The position numbers and the translations under genes were made by a program. Below are positions 23,331 to 34,793 of a stretch of DNA of 64,000 bases, one piece after another; within the stretch, counting starts at the first letter, position 1, and the number at the start of each line of letters is the position of its first letter. Origin of the DNA: Hormiphora californensis (taxonomy: Eukaryota; Animalia; Ctenophora); the NCBI GenBank assembly GCA_020137815.1, contig CM035350.1, positions 1,612,001 through 1,676,000 on the forward strand. The letters are read 5' to 3'. The notes beneath the pieces are model-generated. The model worked only from the letters and a program-made list of their open reading frames with translations, did not search any database and had not been told where the DNA came from.

Positions 23331-24388
23331 CGAAGGGCAAAGTTAAAATCTGGGTGCCTTCCATTTCTAACAATTCATCGATTTTGGCGGTCGAGACGGG
23401 TTAGGGCTGTTGTTAGGGTCTGGTTAGGCCTTAGGGTTTTGTTTGGGGTCCAGGACCTCCGACCTAGGTGCTGCAGACCAAGGTAGATTTTTAAATGGTG
23501 CAATTTTGTTGAAAATGAAAAGTTTTTTATTTGGCGGAACTTCATAAAATATGCTCATAAAATAAAACCAAATTACTTTGCCAAATCGCGCGCGAAACGG
23601 ACCGCGCGAGATATGTGTTACATCGCTGCCGAATTTTATTTGACCTTGTTTTAAGCCGCGCGCTGCATTGTAATTTTTTTAAATCATTCGATTTTTGCAA
23701 AATTTTGAGTAAAAAATTGGCAAACGCTGCTGGAGCCTGGACAGCGTTAAAAAACGAGACTAGCAAGAAGCAGTCGTACGGAAAACGTGTACGAAAAGTT
23801 GAATGGGGTGCCGTAACCCATCCTTGGCAACCATACAGTGGGGAGCGCTGACGATATTGCGGAGAGGACCCCCACTTGAGAAAGTGATACTTTAGAGAGT
23901 GCGTTGGCACCATTTTTCTGGGTATATATTCACTATTGAGTGGGATATTAAGTGCATAATTTACATTTACATTTACCCTTCTCTGAACTCAGCGGCCAGT
24001 TCAATGTCAATTGGGACCGTGGAAACAGGACATTGGTGTCCTAAGAGATACACCTTGACTGGTCAGTGTGGTATGAAAAAGTTACCTGGCCTGTTATTAG
24101 ACCAAATCGGAGATATTTAGGATTGCCCAAGTGAATTTCGCGGTGGAGAGATGTTCATAAATCATACAACACTAGCCATAGGGTTTTTAGTTGTTTCCTC
24201 CATTTATAACGCATAAAAGCGGTATATCAAATGTATATTATTATTATTATTATTATTATTAAATGACTTAGCGAGCGAAGACAGGCCTGATCGCTCCTTG
24301 GAGCTTCATCAGAGTACAATTTTTTATGTCTGTTGTCTGTCAGACGAATTTTACTTTTTCAAGTTTCACGTTATGATATTCCTTTAGC

Positions 24389-25321
24389 ATGGCCGATGTA
24401 CCGCCCTCGTACACGGAAGTCACAGATGAAAAAGGAAGTAAGTAAAAGTTTCCAAAGAATTAACACCTCTAAGATATTTAGGGTGTCTTAGAATGTGTAT
24501 TATTCCATAGAACGTCTAGTTGCATTGCTCACCATACCCTATCTTTTAGCGATTGTCCATCAACCGATGAACGTCCAAATTCAAGCTCAGCCTGGTTATG
24601 GTTCCGCCTACCCACCTGGGGGAGCTTACCCACCTGGGGGAGCCTACCCACCTGGGGGTGCCTACCCACCTGGGGGAGCCTACCCACCTCAAGGGGGAGC
24701 CTACCCACCTGGGGGAGCCTACCCACCTGGGGGAGCCTACCCTCCAGGGGGAGCCTACCCACCTGGGGGAGCCTACCCACCTGGGGGAGCCTACCCACCT
24801 CCCGGGGCCTATCCTGCTGCTGGTTACCCTCCGCCCGGTGGATATCCGCCTGCTCATATAGTGACTGCGAATGCCAACTCTAACTGTGCAGCATGCAATG
24901 CATTAATGTACGCATCACACTATAATAGTGAGTACAGTGGAAAATATGTTCTTTTCAATATCGTAGGGAATCTCATTAATTGTAACACCCCTTTTTATAA
25001 TACCCCTCTTTATAACACCCCTCTTCATAACACCCCTCTTCATATTATCTTTCTCCCTCTCAGGAAGGCCGGGTACAGTGCAATGCAACCCTAACCCGAG
25101 GATTTGTATACCCATCCACATTGGAATTGGTATCTTCTTCCTTGTCCTCATTCCCGTACTCGCAATAGTAGTTTCTGGGTTTGGGAAGATCCATGGCCAT
25201 TATGTTTTCAGCGTTTGGCTTCATGGCGAACTTGATGGTTGCAATTCCAACCCTGTGCTTCTCTTGTCGGTACACCCATACTTGTGATGAGCATAAGGAT
25301 GAAAACTTTAGTTGCTGCTAA
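24389..25321 (+). CDS. Pro/Gly/Tyr-repeat, Cys-rich small membrane protein (LITAF/BRI3/CYSTM-like). Exons 24389-24437, 24550-24927, 25064-25321, with probable +1 at ~25183
   Basis: MADVPPSY (PPxY), about 12 GGAYPP repeats, CAAC, hydrophobic segments; the corrected frame ends ...CFSCRYTHTCDEHKDENFSCC*. Confidence 0.6.
24606..24810 (+). repeat. Coding 18-bp minisatellite (GGGGGAGCCTACCCACCT)n
   Basis: Direct inspection. Confidence 0.95.
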
Positions 25322-25959
25322 CTGGATTACTAGTCAGACGACCTAACGATGTTATGGAGTGTAATCATACTACGTAAATTATACCGCCAGTTAGTGTTAA
25401 TGTGTATTTTTGGGATATGGCCAGACGTGACCGGACAGTGTAATTGAAATAACATATTTTTAGCTGAACAGTCACCTGTATTTTCCAAACTCGACCATAA
25501 TGCTGTAGTAGTAGTAAAAGCCGCGGTTTCACCTCTATAAACATGTAGAAAATAGCAAATAGGGATAAGGGAAAGAGAAATTATCAAAAAGAGAGCCTAA
25601 CATCAGCAATATAATAGTGATCGAGATGAAACTATATTTTTTGTTGTTTTGAAAGTTGGTAAATAGTATGAATAGAAACTCCTTTATGTCCATTGTTCAT
25701 GTAGTTACTTTTTAGACCGTTTTGATTTTCTCATTCTATTATTTTTACTTTGTAGTGACTAGTGAGTGTCTGATACGTCTTTGTGAATCACGCTAAAGTG
25801 GAGTTTTTACTTTATTTTTGTCGAGCATCCTTCTGCTATAAGGGCAACTGTGTATAGCATCAATGTGCAAGATGATATCTAGAGATAGGAAAGTATTACA
25901 TTAGTAGGGAACTGGAGGGTGAACCAGGGTTTATGTTATATTTCTAGGAGGTTTTCATA

Positions 25960-26280
25960 GGGGGGAGACACACTGAAGTTGAGCGCGGTCGTTCAAATCT
26001 CAACCTCGCGACACACACTGAAGTTCGAAGTTTCGCGAAAACCCATTTTCGGCTGAGAAATCATTTGTAAGATGCTAACTTATTTACTGGTATATCTCTC
26101 GAGGTGTCCCATATAATATCCATACCGAGTCAATTTCACCGTTTTTAAAAATTTTGGTGAATTGGGATCACTGTGACCGAATTAGCTAAAAATTTCAAAA
26201 ATGGTGAAACTTCGAACTTCAGTGTGTGTCGCGAGGTTGAGAGTTGAACGAGCGCACCCAACTTCAGTGTGTCTCCCGCC
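25960..26280. mobile_element. MITE (PIF/Harbinger-like) with ~70-bp imperfect TIRs
   Basis: GGGAGACACACTGAAGTT... versus ...AACTTCAGTGTGTCTCCC; flanks ATA/TTA. Confidence 0.8.
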
Positions 26281-26374
26281 TTAGCATGAATGTAAATACA
26301 ATTATTAAATTGTCTGATGTAGATACAAAATTGATTTTCTAGCAGTCCCATAATATTGTGTTTTTGGTTTTTTA

Positions 26375-26581
26375 GAGCCGTTCTAAATAAGACAAGACAT
26401 CATGACTGCCTAATACGAGAGCCCCGCATCTTTCTAGACGAACTCGTATGAGGCAGTCATAGTAGCCGGTATAGGTTCAAACTCTCACCAGCAGTAAGAG
26501 TAGAATTCGCGTTCTAAACGAGCTACTAGCTGCAGATATAACTGTCTCATATATGAGATTTTGTCTCGTTTAGAAAGGCTC
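26375..26581. mobile_element. PIF/Harbinger-type MITE, TTA TSD
   Basis: TTA|GAGCCGTTCTAAATAAGACA...TGTCTCGTTTAGAAAGGCTC|TTA. Confidence 0.8.
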
Positions 26582-27036
26582 TTAGTTGTCTCTGTGTTCA
26601 TTTTTCCTATATCTTGTGAGAACCAGCACGAAGTAAATCTACACACTCTCCTGGATGTTGTCTAAAGACAGTAAAGAGATTGTTTTACAAACACACGTGA
26701 GCCGTGACGTATAACTTGTGTACCATCTGTGCCCTGGTTACACAATACAGTACGGCGCGGTGACACAGCTGTACATGATGGCGCGCGGACAAGGTCACGT
26801 GATCCGTTTCTCAGACAGTCGAGGGAAACAGACTGCGCTGTTGCGTACCTCGTGCTGACGTTAGCTACTTTCCATTTCCAAATGGCCTGTGAACATTGCG
26901 CTTGGAGGACAAACTAAAACTCAGTTACTTCATCACGCAGTACAAAAGTTAGCAAAAACATTGTGCTGTTGCACAATACAACAAAAACACCGTCAGAGAG
27001 ATATAGAGATCACACATTTGTGCAGAGTTCGTGTAT

Positions 27037-28499
27037 TCATTCATTCCATTTCTTATATTCCATACCATCCGGTGGTTTAACTTCAGTTTCCTTCTTCCCG
27101 ATATCATCCCAGTTGGTACTGAGAACGGTGCCACCAGATTCCTGGAAAGATTTGATCATAGCCCTTCGTGTGTCTTCATTGCCATCCGCGTAAATCTTTT
27201 GGAAAAGTTCGTTCATGGCCTGGTCTCCCTCTTTCTTGTCCTCTGCATCTTCTTTGACCACCTGGAGGAAGATTAGGTAATAGTTTTTACTAGGATGTAC
27301 ACAATATTACAAGATATATATACCGCGAGTGCACATATCACTCCCGCTGTGCGCGACCATTTGCACGCTGAAATATGCACTGTGCTTCCGCGGGAGCGTG
27401 CAGATATAGAGGGAGCGGGATATAAGTAAGAAATGTGTTCTCGCTGTGTTTTTACACCTTAATCACACACAAACACACAGAATATGACTGACATGGTACT
27501 ACACGACACAAAGTCTGTCAAATTACACTCACTCTCCCTCTTTCTCTCACTAATTATCCCCTTATCACGTTTTGTTGTTTGCTATTTCCAAGAATTCCAA
27601 TCTCCCTCTCTCGCATCTCTCTCTTTATCTCTCTCTCTTCGTTTCACTGTTACAAACTATCAGACATTGTTCCCCTTGTGTGTAAGAGTTGCAGTAGTGT
27701 CTGTTAGTATTTTTGAGTGTGTTTTTGCTTAGTTTGTACCTTGTTTTGTCACATCTCTGTGTGTGTAATCACCCAATATTATGATTGTTTTGCTTGTCAT
27801 GTGTTTTCTCGCGGAATATATACTCAATAACGTCCTGCACGGCATGTGCAAGCGCCCCTATATCGCACTCGTTTCACTCGTGCAATATAGGTGTGAAATG
27901 CACTCCAGCTCCGCTGTCGTGCATTTCACCTCCATATACGCTCTGCAGTGCAGAGCGTATATGGCGCGCTTGCACTGCGTGCAGAACGTTATGTACTATA
28001 TATTTAGATTCTCTCCCTCCGTCCTTACATCTGCTTCCACCTTGTCCCAATCTACTGGGTTCCGCCTGTTAGAGGTAGGATAGTTCCTCTGGTTGGTACT
28101 TCCTGCCTCTTCCTTCTGTTCAAGCGTCTCCCAACGAACTGCAGTGGCCTTCTTTAGTTGTATCTCCACCTTCGTCTTTAGGATTTTATAGGATGAAGAT
28201 TGTTCTTGTACAGGGTGCGCCAAAATCATATCCATTGTGTAATCAGTGTTCTCATCCACTTGAACCTGGACTGCCAGGTTCTGTCGACCAATCTTTACCT
28301 GGACAAGAGTAGAGAATTCACATAACCCATCAAGATTTGGGGATTTCATTCTATATTACAAACGACATGACACAGTGTTTTGTGAAACCCAGTTATAGGG
28401 TCTTTATATTACCTCTAGTCGATCCTCTGTGATCCCCTTTGCGAAGATGGTCACCGTTACTGCCTGGTCGGTTTGGAACCATTCATGGCGCACCCCCAT
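27037..28499 (-). CDS. SUGT1: SGT1 co-chaperone, CS + SGS domains only. Exons 28499-28413, 28298-28029, 27261-27037
   Basis: RHEWFQTDQAVTVTIFAK, TKVEIQLKK..RWETLE, YPTS..DWDK, LFQKIYADGNEDTRRAMIKSFQESGGTVLSTNW, PPDGMEYKKW. Confidence 0.95.
27317..28003. mobile_element. Hairpin-rich non-autonomous element with asymmetric inverted repeat, in SGT1 intron 2
   Basis: TATATACCGCGAG (27317) versus CTCGCGGAATATA (27808); perfect hairpin CCATATACGCTCTGCA-G-TGCAGAGCGTATATGG (27932-27964) plus a neighbouring hairpin. Confidence 0.5.
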
Positions 28500-28764
28500 T
28501 ATAATGTACCTACTGGGCTACTACTGGGGAGACATGGGTATTAGTGGGGGTAGATGGGTGATAAGAGGTGGAGGGTACACACTGGGTTAAAATGCAGTAA
28601 AAACACTCGAGTTTACAAAAATAATATAATATTTACAGTTAAATTACACATACATTACAGTTGACTTGCTCTATTACATAGGATTATCATATTAGGTGAC
28701 TAAGGATAATTTATAATTACTTATAAAGAATTTAACTAAATCCCTTCTTCTTCCAAGTTGCTGT

Positions 28765-31700
28765 TTACAGGTCGCACACTTGAATGAGAAGTGCCTTGAG
28801 TAGCCGTGCCTCGTAGGTAACTGTGTTCTTTCCCTGTAACTTGAGGTTTAGACATTAAAACTTTGTTCCAATTATGGTCATTTACCGTGGCATTGCTACC
28901 ATATATGGTATGTATTGCTACCACATATGGACTTGTCAATTGTTTCATTTTCTACTTCTTACCTCATGCATGACTTGGGAGCTGAGGGGAGGCTGTATTT
29001 TACAGGTCACCTGTTTCCCATACAGTTCAGCATGCTCTAGGAACTGAATACAATCTTGGACCACCACATCTCGCACCTGCAGTAGGGAGAGTTGGGTGAG
29101 GGAGGGGATTGAGAGGGAGGGGAGAGGGGAGCAGAACCTGTTGGGGGAGGGGAGAGACAAGGTAAAACTACTGTAGTTGTGAGGGGAAGAGATGTAAAAC
29201 ATGTGACGTCACTTCGCTAGAAAGACAGTGAAGATGTGTGTGTGTAACATGCAGCTTCTATATCATGCATCCTACACGATAGAAGTTACACAGAGAAGCA
29301 GAGAGAGAGAGAAGGGACGTCTCCGATCATTCTCTCTATGCTCCAACAACACACCTTCTATAATAGTTACCCACTAGTAACAAGTAACTCGAGTTAACTC
29401 TTACCATTATCATGTGTTTAGCAAGGTTCTCAATGAGACCCAGGAAACACCTCTTGGCGTAATGCCAGGTATCCATCCCCAGCTTTTTGGAGTACGGCTC
29501 CATCGACTTTATCACACGGGTTATTCCAAACTCAAAGTTACCTGGGGCCGTGATGTGTTAGCAACTGGGGCCGTGATGTTAGGGGGTGATGTGTTAGAAA
29601 TTTGAGAAATGGCATTATTTCGCTTGTATTTCTCCAGCTCTAATTTGTATCCCCCACCCCAAGGTACCTTTTGCACAGTAGAGGGTTCCAATAACGAGAT
29701 TGACGATACACAGATGATATATCTTCCTCTCAGGGTCCTCATAACTCATCTGTTCCTCCTCCTTCTCTATCTTCCTCATTAGCTCCTCAGCCTCCTCGTT
29801 CTGGCTGGTCATGATGTAGCTAACACACAGGTTAGCAAGGACTATAGCACTCACACTTAGAATGTTGTCGTAGTGCTTCTTCACTATGGGCTCGTAAAAT
29901 CCAATGGCCTCCTTATACTTGCTCTCCTGGTGAAGGGACCACTAGTGAGGGGGCTCCTCTCTCTGTCTGTGTGTGAGGGGGGATCCTCTGTCTGTCTTTC
30001 TGTGTGTGAGGTGGGGTCTTCTGTCTGTCTGTCTGTCTGTCTCTCTGTCAGTCTGTCCGCCTGCATGTATTTGTGGGTCAGAGTTCCTCTCTTTCTCTGT
30101 CTAAATTTTTTATATTTATCTTTCTACTATGCGGTTTGTTTGTTTGTCCCTCACCTGCATGAAGAGAACGTGTGCCACATTAAGTTTCCAGGAGTCGTGT
30201 TCATTGCAGAACTCCACACTCTTCCTAAAGATGCTCTCCACCATGTTGTAGTTGCTCTTATCCCAGTATATCTTGGTCTGCAGAGAGTGGGGAGGAGGTT
30301 AGTGGAGAAGGAACTTGAGGTACTGTTTCTTGTAAACATGATCAGGTTGAATCGGTAGGATAACGTACCATTGCCATGCCTAGTAACAACATTTAGACCA
30401 GTATAATTTACCTGTGCCATTAGAACGGGTATGTATTTCTCCAGGGCTTCATCGTACTCATTTACAGCCTTCTTCACAGACTCCTCATCATTGTTCTGTC
30501 TACACTCCTGGACCTGTGTTACAGTGGAGTTATGACGCAGAATTATCACACATAAACTTGTCTTGCTCGACCCCAGGTAGAACAAACTGAAGAATATAAG
30601 ATCTACAAATAAACGAACCTGTTTGGTTATTTTCCTCAAGTTGAGAGTGTGCCTGTTGGCGATGTCCTCAAACCTCTTGAAGGCCTCCTCTGGGGAGGAC
30701 TGCTGTACAATGATGGCATCTAGATACTCGTACAGATAGGGATCCATCCTGTTAATAGGAGGAGGGGGGTTATACCAAAATGAGTTGTTTACAGTTGCCA
30801 TATAGTATATCCTAAATCATGTTCCGTAATAGAAACTCCCCCCCCCTAGAATTAAATAGAAAAGCAAAAAAGCAATTCGACTAGTATCATATACTACTTA
30901 CTATTCAAATTGTCAGTGCTACATCACCTAGCAACTACACCTGCACGTGCAATTATTAGAGCAACTTAGAAACCTCACTCCCAGTTGCAGTTTTGGGTAC
31001 TAAGGAAAATTCAATTCTGCACGTGCATTCTTTTACTTTTGTCCTGATGTCTAACTCTTCAACCCCAAGCGCTATTCGGCAACGGTCATCTGGGTCCGGA
31101 AGATCTGCTGCTGTCAGGGAGCAGGCTAGAGAATATGACAGATTACGCCAACGTGTTCAAGCGAGCCAATCAACGACTACTGATAGCTTTACCCAACGTC
31201 GCCCAAGGGTGATATAGAAATCTCCGAATCGGCTACATAGCAGCCAAGTTTTCACGTGATGAGTTTCTGAAACAGCACTGCACCTCCCTAGGGGATCCCT
31301 GACATTGATCTCTTAAATTAGCACCTTGACATTGTCAGGAAGCCCAAAACGTTCAATAACATGGGTAGGGAGAAAGTGAGAGATAGGCTAGGAACGGATG
31401 GTGCAGGTGATGTCAGCGTTCCCTAATCAAGCTACCATTTCCCCGAAATTCGCCCGTAGGGCGAACGGGCCTACTAGTAGGATAAATCCAATGTTCTTAC
31501 TTGAATGTGAGGTGGGTGTTCTCAGCCATAACATCAGCTGCCTGACCATAGTACTGGTGTTTAATATACAGGAGGAGGAGGTTACCAAATGTCTCAGGGG
31601 GACACTCGTTCTGCTGCAGTAGGAATTGTAGCTTCTCAAACCCATTGGTAGGTGCTGCATCCATGTTCATCAGGGCCTGTAACGAGGGAGGTGGGTTAGA

Positions 31701-33302
31701 AGTTAGAAGTACACCATCATGAGATCTATCGTTTCAGTAATGACAGTGATCAAGAATTACCGACCAACAACTGTCTCAGAACCACCTAATAATCACAACA
31801 CCCCTCCTCTCCCCTAGGCACACCACCCACAATATGTTACCTGGTTATGGAGGGTGACACAATCCAGCTCCTCCTCACTTCTCGGGGGCATGTCAGTCAG
31901 GGCCTCCTGGGCTCCCTCAAAGTTCTTCAGCTGATACTCAATAGCTGCCTTCAGGTTGAAAGCCTCGACTAATGCAGTCTCGTGGAGAGTAGCAGAGTTC
32001 CCCACACTTCTAACGTCTATCCCTTCAGTCTGCATACCCACTGAGAGCTCCGGGTGTTCCCTTTATAAAATAGAGGTTGACAATTGTATTGGGTCTCTAC
32101 TTGTTACCAATCAATTTTGATCAGTTGTAACTTATTGAACACTTGAAGACACTTCTTGAAAACACTTGAAGACACTCAACCCTACCTGATTCCCTTTTCG
32201 ATAATATCAGCTATGTGTTTCAGTGCCAGGGCGTACTGCTTCATATAGTAATGACACAGTGCAATGTTATAGGAGAGGTGAGCCTGGTACCCCTTGACAT
32301 TTAGAGCAGACGAGAACTTCTTACTGGCCTCAGAGTATCGTTTCTCCTTCACCAACAAACAACCTGAAAACATCGGTAGTAAAATGAATAATCTACCGGA
32401 TTCCTGTCACTAGTACCCACAGGAGAGGTATCCCCTGGTAACTAACCCATCCCCAGGTACCATATTACCCCTGGTAACTAGTATAGGGCATAGTTACTAA
32501 CCCAGGTTGTTTTCAGTGTCAGGGTCATCACTAGCGCACTGCTCAACCATACTCTTAGCTCCTTGTAGATCATCCTCATCATACTTAATTGCAGCCTGGG
32601 AAGAGGGGGTAGTGAGACAGGGGAGAGAGGTTATGGGTGGGGGAGGGAGGGAATAATAGATAAGGTAATAATTCAGAGGAAAGATATACATTATACATAT
32701 AGCTAGAAAAAGGGAATAGAATGTATGAATTGTTAGCAAAAAGAGCTCGAGAAATATTCATGTTTCTTTGTCTAAGGAAGAGAGACAGAGAAAGAGAGAA
32801 CAGAACCTGGAGTTTCACAACTTTCTCCTTCATAGCAGGGCTATCTACAGTGAATGAAGCCTTCATAGCAGCTTCATACTCGCACCCCTTCTGGAGACTC
32901 TGGGCATAGTAGATCTTGTACTGCTCATGCTCCGGAAACAACTGCAGGGATGGGGAGATAGTAGAGGTGTTGTCATAGATAGAGAGAGAGGTTGTTAACC
33001 TAAGTTTGAACTTTTCAAGTACTAGTGAAATAATTTCTGAATATTCTGCCACTCATCCCAACATCCTCCTCACACAACATCTACGCACCTGAATTAGTTG
33101 CCCATAGCAGTCAGCAGCGCTATCAAAATCCCCTAGCTGGTAGTAACAGTACCCAAGAAGGGAGAGGGCAGCTCGGGAGTTGGAGTTACTCTCATACTCA
33201 GGGAGAAGGCAATCAATAGCCTCGACATACTGACCCTGCTTGATGTACCCGTACACAGTCTGGAGTATACTGTCCCTCCTGCATTCGGCCTACCACGACC
33301 AT
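28765..33302 (-). CDS. TTC30: IFT-B subunit TTC30/IFT70 (fleer/DYF-1), about 13 exons, +1 frameshift at ~33263
   Basis: SRAALSLLGYCYY, HPELSVGMQTEGIDVRSVGN, EALTDMPPRSEEELD, PPETFGNLLLLY, YHLCIVNLVIGTLYCAKGNFEFGI, GKNTVTYEARLLK. Confidence 0.96.
31309..31477 (+). mobile_element. Small non-autonomous Helitron in a TTC30 intron
   Basis: A|TCTCTTAAATTA start; TTCGCCC-GTA-GGGCGAA hairpin followed by CTAG|T end. Confidence 0.6.
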
Positions 33303-33586
33303 ACTGGCTACAGGAGAAAGAGAGTGTTAGAAACATTCAGGAAGAGGGAGGGTGGTATCTAAAGTAACTATGTAGAGAAAACACACGGTGTGGTAAAATA
33401 GTGAACTATGTGATTATCAGTCATATGTAACATTTCAAAGGGAAATTCAAAAACACCAGCAAAAGAAATAAATCATAATTTTATCTAAACCCCGTAAATC
33501 GTAATACTTCGTAAGTTTCAAGCGCCGAGCTAAAAGTTCGGTGAAACTTATTAACAACTATTGTCTATCATATAATATCAGTCCAT

Positions 33587-34793
33587 TCAACACCCCTTAT
33601 CCTTCACCTCCACTGGCCTCACTTGGCGGGGTGGTGCCAGGAGGGCAATGGCTCCTATAACATGACACGCCTGTAGAAAGGAGCTGCTCAGCACAGTACT
33701 GGGGTAGGTATTCCAGCAGAGCTCCACACACCCCAGGATCAACATAACAAGGGGTACAGGTAGCCGTGTTGAGAACAGTAGAGCGGGTAGAGAGTGGTAG
33801 TACCAAACATAGAACTGGTAGTGCAGGGACCTGGCACACGCGATCCCTATAAAGTTACTGCTCATCAGGATCAGGAGGATTGATCCTGGGTGTCAGGGGT
33901 CGGGGGAGCTTCCTCCAGCGCAGCACGAACAGGGCAATCAGGAGGGAGATGTGGAGGGCGAGGAGAGAGACGTGGAAGTATCGGGAGTGGAATATCTCCT
34001 CGGGTAGGAAGCGATAGTTCACCGTCCACTTAAAGAAGAATTGCCGACTGAGATCAAATGACATTTTCATATAGCCCATAGGATTTTCCATTAGGAATGG
34101 AAGTCCAAGGAGAAGCTGAATGATGCCACAAATACCAATGTAGAAGCAGGTCCAGAGGAATCCAGTTTCTGCCAGGAGGATGAACGCAAGGCCAGGTGCA
34201 AAGAGCATTACATTCATCTTGATAGAAACAGCCAAGCTGAATATGGCACAACCCAACAACCACCGCTTCTCTAAGAGAAATGCGAGAGAAAGGTACAAGA
34301 ACAGCATAGCCACGGGGTCATTAAACAATCGTAGGGCAAAGATAGAGTGAATGCGGTACGACGCAAAAGTGAAGAATAGTAGGATGAAGGGAGGGACAGC
34401 TTTTGTTCTAGCCATCACACTTACTACCAGACCGTAAAACAAAGCATAGAAGAAACCAAATATGTACTGAGCAAGCCGTATGTTTTGTCCCTTGTCCGTT
34501 AGGTAATAAAGTCCCGAGAAGAAGTAGACAAACCCAGCAGGGTAAACAAGTGGTCCGGTGCCGCCCTTTAGTTGAGTATAATCATGTGTACCGTTTAGGA
34601 ATCCTTCAACTTCACTCATGTATGCCATCCAATCAATTTCAGTGTATTTCACCTTCTCAACTATAACAACATTTAACACCGTTTCCACAAGGATGCAGCC
34701 GAACCCGAGGAATGTTAGAAGCGATGGGTCAAACAGCAGGTTCCTGATGAATGTCACCAATCGTCCGGCCAGCCCGGGTTCCTTGGATTTCAT
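33587..34793 (-). CDS. ALG3: Dol-P-Man:Man5GlcNAc2-PP-Dol alpha-1,3-mannosyltransferase, single coding exon, +1 frameshift at ~33881
   Basis: [84 protein letters not shown]. Confidence 0.97.

Noticed and set aside
23395-23445. TTAGGG-like motifs as an interstitial telomere
   Set aside because: Only a few dispersed imperfect units, more likely part of a repeat remnant.
24529-24861. Alternative-frame and antisense ORFs (VGRLPQ, WVGSPR, LGEPTH repeats)
   Set aside because: Shadows of the 18-bp coding repeat; only the GGAYPP frame links to the flanking exons.
31256-31302. C/D box snoRNA candidate (GTGATGA...CTGA)
   Set aside because: Too short (~47 nt), antisense to the host gene, and without a terminal stem.
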